Shown here: positions 8,023-17,408 of the stretch, piece after piece
How positions within the stretch are numbered: the stretch's first letter is position 1
Layout of the letters: every line of letters begins with the position of its first letter
NCBI GenBank assembly: GCA_022819505.1
Contig: JAJEHD010000015.1
Location: forward strand, 1,538-65,537
Length of the DNA stretch: 64,000 nucleotides
Direction of reading: 5' to 3'
Origin: Acidimicrobiia bacterium
Lineage (GTDB): Bacteria; Actinomycetota; Acidimicrobiia; Acidimicrobiales; Aldehydirespiratoraceae
Translations under genes and position numbers: made by a program
Notes under the pieces: generated by a model
The model's input: only the letters and a program-made list of their open reading frames with translations
Database searches by the model: none
What the model was told of the DNA's origin: nothing

Positions 8023-9519
8023 ATGGTGGAGTCGAGAGCGCATCGCAGACGAATCTGGAGGTGGGTGGCCATCATGCTGGCCTTCGCCATCGTCGCATCC
8101 GCCTGCGGCGACGACGATGAGGAGCCGGCAAGCCAACCTGAGGCGCCCGCCGAGCCCGCGGTCGATCCCGACCCCGAGCCCGAAGCCCCGGCTGAAGAGC
8201 CTGAGGCGCCCGCCGAGGAGCCCGAACCCGAACCCGAGGCGCCGGCTGAGGAGCCCGAAGCGCCCGCGGAGGAGCCCGAGCCAGAACCTGAAGAGCCGGC
8301 CGAGGAGCCCGAGCCCGAACCCGAACCACCGGCGCTGACGGCCAGTTACCGGGGCGTGACCGAGGACTCGATCAGGGTCGGCGTGCTGTTGATCGACAAG
8401 GACCTGCTGTTCGAGGTGGCCAACGTCCTGCTCAACTGGGGCGACAACGTGGCCCAGTACCAGGAGGCCATCGACGCCATCAACGAAGCGGGCGGCGTCA
8501 ACGGCCGTCTTATCGAGCCGGTCTTCGAGCTAGTCAACCCGCTGAGCCCGACCGCTTACGACGAGTCGTGCGTGAAGCTCACCCAGGACGAGCAGATCTT
8601 CGCGGCAATCGGCTTCGTGCGGCCCTCCGACGCGGCGCTGTGCTATGCGGAGATCAACGACACCCCGTTCGTCGGGTACCTGTCCGACGTCACCAGCCAG
8701 GTGACCGACCGCTCTGTGCTGCCCATCATCACCAGCAACGCCCTGCCCGAGCGCATGGACGGCGCGCTGGCGACCACCGTCGCAGCCACCGGCGCGCTGG
8801 ACGGCAAGACCATCGCGGTGCTGGGCAACTCGGACGCCCGCAACGAACTGGTCGTCTCGGCTCTGGCCGGCCTCGGCTACGACGTGGCCTCGACCACGGT
8901 CACCGCCGTGCCGACCGAGGACGAGGCCGCCGACGCCGCCGAGTTGGACATCGTCATCCAGCGCTGGATCGCCGACGGGATCGACTTCGTATTCGACACC
9001 GCCGGGCTCGACCGCCCGCTGGCAGCCGCCAACCGGGCCGGATTCGAGGCCGACTGGGCCACCAACCGCACGACCGTCCTTTCGGCGTCGAGGTTCGACT
9101 CGGGCGCCACCGAGGCCGAGATCGCGAGGACCATGGTGGTGGCGGTGCCGTCCGTCGAGCTGATCTACGAGCAGGGCCACGGACCCACGGTGGCCTGCGT
9201 CGACCGCTGGAACCAGAACCATCCCGACGAGCAGGCCGTCTTCTACCCGGGAGAGGACGATCTGGACAATCTCCAGCGCATCGTCCGTTCGTGCCAGCAG
9301 GTCGGCACCTTCGCCAGGATCGCCGAGCTGGCCGGGCCCGACCTGACCACCGAAGGCTTCGCGGCTGCGGTGGCCCAGGTGGGTTCCTACGAGATCCCCG
9401 AGCTGCCGTTCGCGTCGCTGGGCGCCGACAAGTGGGACGCCAACGACGTCGTCACCCTCTTCCACTGGGACTCCGAGCTAGGGGACTTCGTAGCGGGCGA
9501 CTTCGTCGACATTGGCTGA
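8023..9519 (+). CDS. ABC transporter substrate-binding lipoprotein, PBP1 / Leu-Ile-Val-binding-like
   Basis: ATG at 8023 follows GGGAGGAG. It has a signal peptide ending ...AIVASAC-GDDD, a Pro/Glu-rich linker, and IRVGVL...INEAGGVNGRLIEPV typical of Peripla_BP_6. Confidence 0.85.
   Translation: MVESRAHRRRIWRWVAIMLAFAIVASACGDDDEEPASQPEAPAEPAVDPDPEPEAPAEEPEAPAEEPEPEPEAPAEEPEAPAEEPEPEPEEPAEEPEPEPEPPALTASYRGVTEDSIRVGVLLIDKDLLFEVANVLLNWGDNVAQYQEAIDAINEAGGVNGRLIEPVFELVNPLSPTAYDESCVKLTQDEQIFAAIGFVRPSDAALCYAEINDTPFVGYLSDVTSQVTDRSVLPIITSNALPERMDGALATTVAATGALDGKTIAVLGNSDARNELVVSALAGLGYDVASTTVTAVPTEDEAADAAELDIVIQRWIADGIDFVFDTAGLDRPLAAANRAGFEADWATNRTTVLSASRFDSGATEAEIARTMVVAVPSVELIYEQGHGPTVACVDRWNQNHPDEQAVFYPGEDDLDNLQRIVRSCQQVGTFARIAELAGPDLTTEGFAAAVAQVGSYEIPELPFASLGADKWDANDVVTLFHWDSELGDFVAGDFVDIG
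8182..8289 (+). repeat. imperfect 54-bp tandem duplication inside the lipoprotein linker (encodes EAPAEEPEAPAEEPEPEP twice)
   Basis: Units 8182..8235 and 8236..8289 align codon for codon with synonymous or near-synonymous changes. Confidence 0.7.
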
Positions 9520-9531
9520 CTCTCCGGCATC

Positions 9532-9572
9532 GCTTGCGGCTGCGGTCCTCGAGGGTGACCGCAGCCGCAAGC
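9532..9572 (+). promoter_or_regulatory. perfect 16-bp-stem / 9-nt-loop hairpin immediately after the binding-protein stop codon
   Basis: GCTTGCGGCTGCGGTC (9532-9547) is the exact reverse complement of GACCGCAGCCGCAAGC (9557-9572). No U-tract follows. Confidence 0.75.
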
Positions 9573-9616
9573 AGCCTGCGCCTGCCGAGCCCGTAGCGGA
9601 CGACCTCCTCCCCGGG

Positions 9617-11680
9617 GTGGGAGGGGCCGATCAGACGAGCCTGCGGGAGGGGCTCAGAACGGCCGGGCCGTTCACCTTCGTCGTGCTGTTGCTGCTCAAC
9701 AGCCTCGACGAACTCGAGAGCGAGATCATCACCGTGCTGGCCCCCGACATCCGGGACACGTTCGGGGTCAGCGACGGGACGATCGTGTTCATCACCTCGG
9801 CTTCCGCGGCCTTCTTCGTGCTGGGAGCGGTCCCGATGGGCTACCTCGCCGACCGCTTCAACCGGTCGCGCCTGGTGGGCTTCGCGTCGCTGGCCTTCAG
9901 CGCCATGGTGTTCCTGTCGGGGCTGGCGGTCAGCGCGTTCATGCTGTTCTGGACACGCTTCGTCGCCGGCATCTCCAAGGCCAACACCCTGCCGGTGCAC
10001 GGCTCGATCATCGCCGACGCCTACCCGATCTCGGTGCGGGGACGGATCGCGGCCACAAACTCGATGGTGGGCAAGACGCTGGCCGCCATCAGCCCGATCG
10101 CCGCGGGCTGGATCGGCCACACCTACGGATGGCGGACGCCCTTCTTCATCCTGGGGGTGCCGGTTGCGATCATGGGGCTGCTGGCGTTCAGGATCCCCGA
10201 GCCGGCCCGGGGCCAGTGGGAGAAAAGAGACGTCCTCGACGAGGTCTTCGTCGACCCCGAATCGGCCCCGGTGTCGCTGGAGGCCGCATTCGCACGGCTG
10301 ATGAAGATCCGCACCCTGAAGATGATGGTGGTGGGGTTCGCCGCGCTCGGGTTCAGCCTGTTCACGGTCCCGGCCCTGGCCAGCCTGTTCATGGAGGAGC
10401 AGTACGGGGCCAACGCCTTCCAGCGAGGAGTGGTCGTCTCCATCGGCGGATTCGCCGGCATCGCCGTGCTCCCCTTCCTCGGGCGCTACTACGACCGCGC
10501 CTATAGGGCCGACCCGTCGAGCTCGCTGCGCATGATCGGCAGGTGCATCGTGCCGATGGCGGTGGTGACCCCGGTCCAGTTCCTGATGCCCGGCATGGCC
10601 TCCTTCGCGGCGGTGGGCGTGGTCCACAGCCTGCTGGCCGTGGGCGCGTTCAGCATGGTCATCCCCCTGATCCAGGGCATCGTGCCGTACCGGCTGCGAG
10701 GCATGGGACTGGCCCTGATCACCCTGTACATCTTCCTCATCGGAGCCATAGGAGGCTCGCTGCTCTCGGCCTGGCTCACCAACGACTTCAGCAACCGCAC
10801 CGCCGTGTTCGTGCTGGCCATCCCGGCCAACATCATCGGCGGGACGGCCCTGTACCGGGGCAGCCGCTTCATCCGGGGCGACCTGGCCCTGGCCGCCTCC
10901 GACCTGCGGGAGGAGATGGCCGAGCACCGCCGGCTCACCTCCGACCCGGCGTCGGTGCCCGCCCTTCAGGTGCGAGGGGTGGACTTCAGCTACGGGAACG
11001 TGCAGATCCTCTTCGACACCTCCTTCGAGGTGCGTCAGGGCGAGACGCTGGCCCTGCTCGGCACCAACGGCGCGGGCAAGTCCACCATCCTCAAGGTGAT
11101 CACCGGGCTGGTGACGCCCGAGCGCGGCGTCGTCCGCCTCGGGGGACGGACCATCACGTTCGCGACGCCCGAGCAACGGGCCCGGCTCGGCATCGAGATG
11201 CTGCCGGGAGGCACGGGGGTGTTCGGATCGTTGACGGTCCGCGACAACCTCGTCGTTGGCGCATACCGGTACCGCAAGGACCCGGCCGACGTGGACAGGC
11301 GCATCGAACGGGTGATGGAGCTGTTCCCGCAGCTGGCCGACCGCTCCAGCGTCCGGGCCAGCAGCCTCTCGGGCGGCCAGCAGCAGATGCTGGCCCTGGC
11401 CCGGGTGATGCTGCACGAGCCCAGGATCCTGGCCATCGACGAGCTGTCGCTGGGGCTGGCCCCGGCCGCGGTGCAATCCCTGCTGGAGACCATCGACACG
11501 CTCCGGGCCGCCGGGCAGACCATGATCATCGTCGAGCAGTCGCTCAACGTCGCGCTGGCAGTGGCCGACCGGGCCGTGTTCCTCGAGAAGGGCCGGGTGC
11601 GCTTCGACGGCCCGGCCTCGGAACTGGCCGACCGGCCCGACCTCGCCCGGGCCGTGTTCTTGGGTTCAGACGAGGCGTAG
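9617..11680 (+). CDS. fusion protein: 12-TM MFS transporter domain plus C-terminal LivF-like ABC ATPase
   Basis: MFS motif A is GYLADRFNRSR. From about 10960 the ATPase shows Walker A GTNGAGKST, signature LSGGQQQM and Walker B ILAIDELS. The start is uncertain. I prefer GTG 9617 because the longest-ORF TTG at 9512 would place the hairpin inside the CDS. Confidence 0.8.
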   Translation: MGGADQTSLREGLRTAGPFTFVVLLLLNSLDELESEIITVLAPDIRDTFGVSDGTIVFITSASAAFFVLGAVPMGYLADRFNRSRLVGFASLAFSAMVFLSGLAVSAFMLFWTRFVAGISKANTLPVHGSIIADAYPISVRGRIAATNSMVGKTLAAISPIAAGWIGHTYGWRTPFFILGVPVAIMGLLAFRIPEPARGQWEKRDVLDEVFVDPESAPVSLEAAFARLMKIRTLKMMVVGFAALGFSLFTVPALASLFMEEQYGANAFQRGVVVSIGGFAGIAVLPFLGRYYDRAYRADPSSSLRMIGRCIVPMAVVTPVQFLMPGMASFAAVGVVHSLLAVGAFSMVIPLIQGIVPYRLRGMGLALITLYIFLIGAIGGSLLSAWLTNDFSNRTAVFVLAIPANIIGGTALYRGSRFIRGDLALAASDLREEMAEHRRLTSDPASVPALQVRGVDFSYGNVQILFDTSFEVRQGETLALLGTNGAGKSTILKVITGLVTPERGVVRLGGRTITFATPEQRARLGIEMLPGGTGVFGSLTVRDNLVVGAYRYRKDPADVDRRIERVMELFPQLADRSSVRASSLSGGQQQMLALARVMLHEPRILAIDELSLGLAPAAVQSLLETIDTLRAAGQTMIIVEQSLNVALAVADRAVFLEKGRVRFDGPASELADRPDLARAVFLGSDEA

Positions 11681-11710
11681 ACGCAGCGGGACCGAGCGGA
11701 GACGCAGGGG

Positions 11711-14560
11711 ATGCTTGCCGCCTGGCTCACATCGCAGCTGGTGTTCAACGGCCTGGTCAACGGGCTGGTCACCGGGCTGCTGGCCATGGGCCTGGTCCTG
11801 GTGTACCGGTCCACCCGGGTGGTGAACCTGGCCGTCGGCAACATGGGGCTGGTGGGCGCGTCGCTGCTGGCACTCCTGGTGCTCAACTACCACTTCCCGT
11901 TCTGGCTGGCGCTGGCGCTCAGCCTGGCCACCGGCACCCTGTTCGGCGCGGTCGTCGACCTGGTGGTGGTGCGCCGGCTGTTCAGCTCACCCAGGGTGAT
12001 AGTGCTGATGGCCACGGTGGGCGTGGCCCAACTGGCGTCCGGGATCAGCGGCTCCTACCCCGACCTCAACATGAGGGGCAACAAATACCCCACCGCCCTG
12101 TCCGGAGTGTTCGACGATGTCCTGGGGCTGCGGATCACCGGACCGCAGCTCAGCATCCTGATCGTGGTACCCGCAGCCGCGGTCGGCCTGGCGTGGCTGC
12201 TGCGACGCACCACCTTCGGCCGCGCCGTGGAGGCCTCGGCCGACAATCCACCGCTGTCGCGGCTGTCCACCGTCAACCCCAAGATGGTCTCGACGTTCGT
12301 GTGGACCATCGCCGGGCTCCTGTCCACCGTCTCGATCATGCTGCTGTCGGCCCAGATCGGGAACCCCGCCGGCCTGGACAACCTCGGGATGCTGACCATG
12401 GCCCGGGCGATGCTCGCGTTCGTGCTGGCCGGCCAGCGGTCGTTCGCCCGAGCGGTGGCATTCGGTGCGCTGATCGGGGTGGCCGAAGCGGTGCTCAGGT
12501 TCAACCTGCTGACCGAGCCCGGGCTGTTCGACTTCGCCGCGCTGGTGCTGGTGGTGGCCATCGTCTACCAGCAGAGCCGCTCGAGCCCGGACGACACCAC
12601 CTTCGCCTTCGCGCCGAAGGCACGCCGCCCACCCGAGCGGGCTCAGGAGATCTGGTGGATCCGCAGGATGCCGCACCTGGCTGCGACGCTGATCATGGTG
12701 GCGGCGGTGCTGCTGCCCATCGTTGTGACCCGGCCCAGTCGCCACCTGCTCTACGCCTCCATTGCCTGCTACGCGATCTGCGCCCTGTCGCTCACCGTCA
12801 TCACCGGCTGGGCCGGACAGCTGTCGCTGGCCCAGATGGCCTTCGCCGGCCTGGGGGCCCTGCTGGCCGCCGCGCTCAACCGGGGCTTCGAGATGGACGT
12901 CTGGCTGCTCGACTTCCAGGCTCCGCCGCTCCCGTACCTGGCCGCCATCGCGGTCGCCGCGGTGGTGATGGCTGGCGTGGCCGCGCTGGTCGGCCTGGGC
13001 GCGCTCCGCGTGCGCGGACTGCAACTGGCCGTGATCACCTTCATGCTCGCGGTCGCAGCCGAGCAGTACATCTATCGCTGGCCGGTGCTCAGCGACGGCA
13101 ACGCCAATTCGGTGTCGTTCCGCCGGGGCACGGTCCTCGGCGTCGACGTCAGCAGCCAGCGGGCCTACTACTACTTCTGTGTGGCCGTGCTGGTGGTGGT
13201 GTTCGTGCTGGTGGCCCGGCTGCGCAACAGCGGGATCGGCCGGTCCACGATCGCGGTGCGCGACAACCCCGAAGCGGCCTCGGCCTACACCATCAGTCCG
13301 AGCCGATCGAAGCTGGCCGCGTTCGCGATGGCCGGAGGCATCGCCGCCCTCGGCGGGGCGATGCTGGGCGGCCTGTTCCAGAACATTCCCTTCGGGGAGC
13401 GCTACTACCTGATCGACGACTCGCTGCAGCTGGTGGCCATGGTCGTGATCGGCGGGCTCGGAGCGTTGACCGGACCGCTCGTCGGCGCCCTGTGGGTGAT
13501 AGGTCTGCCTGCGTTCTTCGGGGACAACGAGCTGGTGCCGCTGTTCACCTCCAGCGTCGGGCTGCTCATCATCCTGATGTACTTCCCCGGAGGGTTCGCG
13601 CAGATCGGGTACGCCACCCGCAAGTTGCTGTACGACTGGGCTCTGCGGCGGCTCCCGCCCGGCGAGCCGGAGCCCCCGGCCAAACCGGTGGCCGTTCCAG
13701 CCGGCGGCGGGGACCGAGCCCGTCCGGCGCCGGCGGGCGTGAGCGAGGGCGACGCCGTGCTCCGGGCCCGGGGAGTGTCGGTGAGCTTCGGGGGGCTCCA
13801 GGCGGTGTCCGGCGTCGACCTCGACGTCACTGGTAGCGAGATCGTTGGACTCATCGGCACCAACGGTGCCGGCAAGACGACGTTCGTGAACGCGGTCGGA
13901 GGCCACGTCGGCTCGCTGGGCACCGTCGAGTTGCTCGGCCACGACGTGTCGAGGCTGAGCGTGGAGGCTCGGGCCCGCCACGGGCTGGGCCGCACCTTCC
14001 AGACCGCCCGGCTGTTCGGCGAGCTGACGGTGCGGGAGACGGTTCAGGTGGCGCTCGAGGCCCGGGGCCGCACCCCCTTCGTGAGCACCGCGCTGGGCCT
14101 GCCCCCGGCCCGGCGGCTGGCCCGGCAGCGACGGGCCGAGGCGGACGAGCTGATCGGGTTCTTCGGACTCGGCGGCTACGCCGAGGAGTTCATCGTCGAC
14201 CTGTCGACCGGCACCCGCCGCATCGTCGAGCTGACCAACCTCATGGCCCTGGACGCCAAGTTCCTCTGTCTCGACGAGCCGACCGCGGGCCTAGCCCAGC
14301 GCGAGAGCGAGGCCTTCGGGGTGCTGCTGGTGGAAGTGCGGCGCGAGTTGGCGGTGTCGATGCTGGTGATCGAGCACGACATGCCTCTCATCATGTCCAT
14401 AAGCGACCGCGTGTACTGCCTCGAAGCTGGTCAGGTGATCTCCGAGGGAGCGCCGGCCGACGTCAGATCCGACCCCAGGGTGATCGACAGCTACCTCGGC
14501 ACCGACGAGCGGGCCATCCTGCGCAGCGACGCTTCGACACAACCCGAAAGGAGACCCTGA
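11711..14560 (+). CDS. triple fusion LivH-like permease + LivM-like permease + LivG-like ABC ATPase
   Basis: The N-terminus GLLAMGLVLVYRSTRVVNLAVGNMG is LivH-like. The mid region ITGWAGQLSLAQMAFAGLGA is LivM-like. From about 13750, VSFGGLQAVSGVDL...GLIGTNGAGKTT, LSTGTRR and FLCLDEPTAGL are LivG-like. Confidence 0.85.
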   Translation: MLAAWLTSQLVFNGLVNGLVTGLLAMGLVLVYRSTRVVNLAVGNMGLVGASLLALLVLNYHFPFWLALALSLATGTLFGAVVDLVVVRRLFSSPRVIVLMATVGVAQLASGISGSYPDLNMRGNKYPTALSGVFDDVLGLRITGPQLSILIVVPAAAVGLAWLLRRTTFGRAVEASADNPPLSRLSTVNPKMVSTFVWTIAGLLSTVSIMLLSAQIGNPAGLDNLGMLTMARAMLAFVLAGQRSFARAVAFGALIGVAEAVLRFNLLTEPGLFDFAALVLVVAIVYQQSRSSPDDTTFAFAPKARRPPERAQEIWWIRRMPHLAATLIMVAAVLLPIVVTRPSRHLLYASIACYAICALSLTVITGWAGQLSLAQMAFAGLGALLAAALNRGFEMDVWLLDFQAPPLPYLAAIAVAAVVMAGVAALVGLGALRVRGLQLAVITFMLAVAAEQYIYRWPVLSDGNANSVSFRRGTVLGVDVSSQRAYYYFCVAVLVVVFVLVARLRNSGIGRSTIAVRDNPEAASAYTISPSRSKLAAFAMAGGIAALGGAMLGGLFQNIPFGERYYLIDDSLQLVAMVVIGGLGALTGPLVGALWVIGLPAFFGDNELVPLFTSSVGLLIILMYFPGGFAQIGYATRKLLYDWALRRLPPGEPEPPAKPVAVPAGGGDRARPAPAGVSEGDAVLRARGVSVSFGGLQAVSGVDLDVTGSEIVGLIGTNGAGKTTFVNAVGGHVGSLGTVELLGHDVSRLSVEARARHGLGRTFQTARLFGELTVRETVQVALEARGRTPFVSTALGLPPARRLARQRRAEADELIGFFGLGGYAEEFIVDLSTGTRRIVELTNLMALDAKFLCLDEPTAGLAQRESEAFGVLLVEVRRELAVSMLVIEHDMPLIMSISDRVYCLEAGQVISEGAPADVRSDPRVIDSYLGTDERAILRSDASTQPERRP

Positions 14561-16287
14561 TGGCCGTCTATGACCTGGTCGTCCGCAACGGTGCCGTCGT
14601 GGACGGCAGCGGCATGCCGGCCCGTCCCGCCGACGTGGCGGTGTCGGGCCGCAAGATCGTCGCGGTCGGCGCGGTGGAGGGCCGCGGCAGCCGCGAGATC
14701 GACGCCTCCGACCACATCGTCACGCCGGGATTCATCGACGGCCACACCCACATGGACGCCCAGTTCTTCTGGGATCCCCTGGGCACGTCCTCGTGCTGGC
14801 ACGGGGTCACCACGGTGGTGGTCGGCAACTGCGGCTTCACCCTGGCCCCGTGCCGGTCGGGCCAGGAGCAGCTCGTGATCGACAACCTCGAGAAGGCCGA
14901 GGACATCCCGGCCGCAGCGCTGGCCGCCGGCGTGCACTTCGAGTGGGAGACCTTCGCCCAGTACCTCGACGCGTTGGACCGACTGCCCAAGGGGATCAAC
15001 CTCGGCTCCTACCTGGGGCACTCTGCCCTGCGGACATACGCTATGGGCGAACGGGCCTTCGAGGCGGAGGCGACCGAGGACGACCTCGAAGCCATGGAAC
15101 GAGAGCTGCGGGCCGGGCTGGCCGCCGGCGCGCTGGGCTTCACCACGTCCAGGAGCCACCACCACATGACGCCCTCGGGCCGCCCGGTGGCGTCGCGGGT
15201 GGCGCCCTGGGGCGAGGTGGAGCGCCTGGTGGCCGCCATGGCGGGGGCCGGAGGCGGAATGTTCGAGCTGGCCAACGAGTCGGTGATGGCATCCACGGAC
15301 CCCGAGGGCCGGGCTGAGGCCATGGCCCGGCTGCGCCGCCTCGCGGTCGGCAACCGGGTGCCGGTCAGCTTCGGGATCTCCACCTTCGGCGATCCCAACC
15401 GCTGGCTGGAGCTGCTGCGGCTCCTCGACGACGCGGCCCGCGACGGTGCCCAGATGTGGGGCCAGAGCAGCTGCATGCCATCGGGCGCGCTGTTCAACTT
15501 CAAGACCTGGCTGCCCTTCGACAAGGTGCCCACCTGGTCCGAGCTGCGAGCCCGGCCCCTCGACGAGCAGGCCGTCAAGCTGCGCGACCCGGACGTGCGG
15601 GCCAGTCTGATCGAGTCCCTCAGCGGCATGGACTTCTCGCTGGGCAAGGAAGTGGCCCGCAAGCCGCTGTTCGAGCGGATAGTGGTGATGCAGCGCGACC
15701 GGGCCACCTCCCCCACCTTGGCCAGCGTGGCTGCCGAACGCGGCGTGCACCCGGCGGAGGCCATGATCGAGCTGGGCCTTGAGTCGGACTTCGACACGTT
15801 CTTCCTGCAGGTCACCAGCAACGACGAGCCTGACGACGTGCTGACGATGCTGCGCCACCCCCGCACGGTCATGACCTTCTCCGACGCGGGCGCCCACGTA
15901 AGTCAGATCATCAGCGCGTCGCTGCAGACCTACCTGCTCAGCCACTGGGTGCGGGAGGCCGGCGAGTTCTCCATCGAGGAGGCGGTGCGCATGATCACCC
16001 TGGTGCCTTCGAGCATCTGGGGCATGGCCGACCGGGGTCTGGTGCGTGAGGGCTTCGAGGCCGACCTGAACATCATCGACCTGGAGCGCCTAGAGCCGTG
16101 CGTGCCCGAGGTCGTCCACGACCTGCCCGCAGGCGCCACCAGGCTGACCCAGCGGGCCGAGGGCATCACGGCCACCATCGTGGGAGGCGAGGTGCTCCTA
16201 GCGAACGGCGAGCACACCGGCGCCCTCCCCGGCCGCCTCATACGTCGCCCGGACGCGCTCAACCGGGCGAGGCGACGGAGCGAGTGA
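14560..16287 (+). CDS. N-acyl-D-amino-acid deacylase (D-aminoacylase) family amidohydrolase
   Basis: The ATG overlaps the upstream TGA. It contains YDLVVRNGAVVDGSG...VTPGFIDGHTHMD and VVVGNCG, typical of the family. Confidence 0.8.
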   Translation: MAVYDLVVRNGAVVDGSGMPARPADVAVSGRKIVAVGAVEGRGSREIDASDHIVTPGFIDGHTHMDAQFFWDPLGTSSCWHGVTTVVVGNCGFTLAPCRSGQEQLVIDNLEKAEDIPAAALAAGVHFEWETFAQYLDALDRLPKGINLGSYLGHSALRTYAMGERAFEAEATEDDLEAMERELRAGLAAGALGFTTSRSHHHMTPSGRPVASRVAPWGEVERLVAAMAGAGGGMFELANESVMASTDPEGRAEAMARLRRLAVGNRVPVSFGISTFGDPNRWLELLRLLDDAARDGAQMWGQSSCMPSGALFNFKTWLPFDKVPTWSELRARPLDEQAVKLRDPDVRASLIESLSGMDFSLGKEVARKPLFERIVVMQRDRATSPTLASVAAERGVHPAEAMIELGLESDFDTFFLQVTSNDEPDDVLTMLRHPRTVMTFSDAGAHVSQIISASLQTYLLSHWVREAGEFSIEEAVRMITLVPSSIWGMADRGLVREGFEADLNIIDLERLEPCVPEVVHDLPAGATRLTQRAEGITATIVGGEVLLANGEHTGALPGRLIRRPDALNRARRRSE

Positions 16288-17408
16288 TGGCGCATTGCAT
16301 CGTGGTAGCCAGCGAGGGCGAGGCAGCCCTGGTCGGCGGTCTTGCCGTCGGCGGCTCTGATGCTCCCTGGTCGCACTGCCTGCCCCAGGACGCGCCCGCC
16401 GGCCTGGCCGCCTCAGCCCAGCCGTGCGTGGTCATCGCTGTCGGCGCTGCCGGGTCGGCCGCGCTGCGGGCGGCCGCCGATGACGGCTCGGTGTGTGGCG
16501 TCGTGCTGTGGGACACACCACTAGACGGTGGCGATCTGGAACTGCTGGGTGAATGGCCCGAGATGGCCGTGCTGGGCGTGGCCCACGCCTCGGACCGGCA
16601 CTCGCTGCGATCAGTGGCCGACGCCTTCCTGAAGTCGGCCCATCCCGACTCGGATCTGGTGGTGGCCGGCGTGGGCGATCCCGCCATCGATGACGCTGCG
16701 ACCGCTCGCGTGCGTTCATGGATCGCTAGCCGCTCGAATGTGTCGGCCTCAGCGGAGGAGGTGACGTTCGCCGGCGCCGACGGCTGGGAGTTGCACGGCA
16801 CCCGATGGCTTCCCCAGCGCGATGGTCCGGTCCCCGGGGTGGTGCTGCTCCACACCGGCCGCAGCGACCGGGCCGCCTACAGCCGCCTGCAGCGCCTGCT
16901 GGCCGAAGCCGGCCTGGCCGTGCTGAATCTCGACTGGCGGGGCCGCGGCGAGAGCATCAACCAGGGCTCCTACTTCGATCTGGCTCCCGAGACCCGCGAC
17001 CTGGCGTGGCAGGACGCGCTGGCGGCGCTCGATCATCTAGCCGGCCTGGAAGCTGTCGACGAGACCCGGCTGGCCACGGTGGGCACGGTGCACGGCGCCG
17101 AGTACGCGGTACGGGCGGCCTGCCGGGATCGCCGGGTGGTGGCCGTGGTTCTGCTCACCGGCTACCGGCCCCAGGACCAGAGCGAGGCGACCCACCTGAC
17201 CGGTGGCGCGGTCGACACGCTCTACATCACCTGCACGGGACACGGGATCACCACCAAGGCCATGCGCGAGCTGCATTCAGCCGCTCCACCGGGCCGATCC
17301 CAGTACCTCGAGTACCCGGGGTCGGCGCTGGGCTACCAGTTGTTCGAACTCGATCACGACCTTGAGCCCCGGGTGGTCGGCTGGCTGGCCGAGGTGCTGG
17401 ACCGATGA
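16287..17408 (+). CDS. two-module alpha/beta-hydrolase-like protein without a recognisable GxSxG nucleophile
   Basis: ATG at 16287 overlaps the upstream TGA. The second module resembles dienelactone-hydrolase-type folds (VVLLHTGRSDR...LDWRGRGES), but the nucleophile elbow reads VGTVHGA. Confidence 0.6.
   Translation: MAHCIVVASEGEAALVGGLAVGGSDAPWSHCLPQDAPAGLAASAQPCVVIAVGAAGSAALRAAADDGSVCGVVLWDTPLDGGDLELLGEWPEMAVLGVAHASDRHSLRSVADAFLKSAHPDSDLVVAGVGDPAIDDAATARVRSWIASRSNVSASAEEVTFAGADGWELHGTRWLPQRDGPVPGVVLLHTGRSDRAAYSRLQRLLAEAGLAVLNLDWRGRGESINQGSYFDLAPETRDLAWQDALAALDHLAGLEAVDETRLATVGTVHGAEYAVRAACRDRRVVAVVLLTGYRPQDQSEATHLTGGAVDTLYITCTGHGITTKAMRELHSAAPPGRSQYLEYPGSALGYQLFELDHDLEPRVVGWLAEVLDR

Noticed and set aside
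8119-8331. Short periodic repeats (here and at 39343..39417), considered as a possible CRISPR array.
   Set aside because: - The repeats are in-frame coding low complexity (a Pro-Glu linker).
- They have no unique spacers of constant length and no cas genes nearby.
9512-9616. TTG 9512 as the start of the MFS-LivF fusion gene.
   Set aside because: - It would overlap the binding-protein stop.
- It would force the perfect 16-bp hairpin (9532..9572) to be translated.
- A downstream start is more plausible, though not proven.
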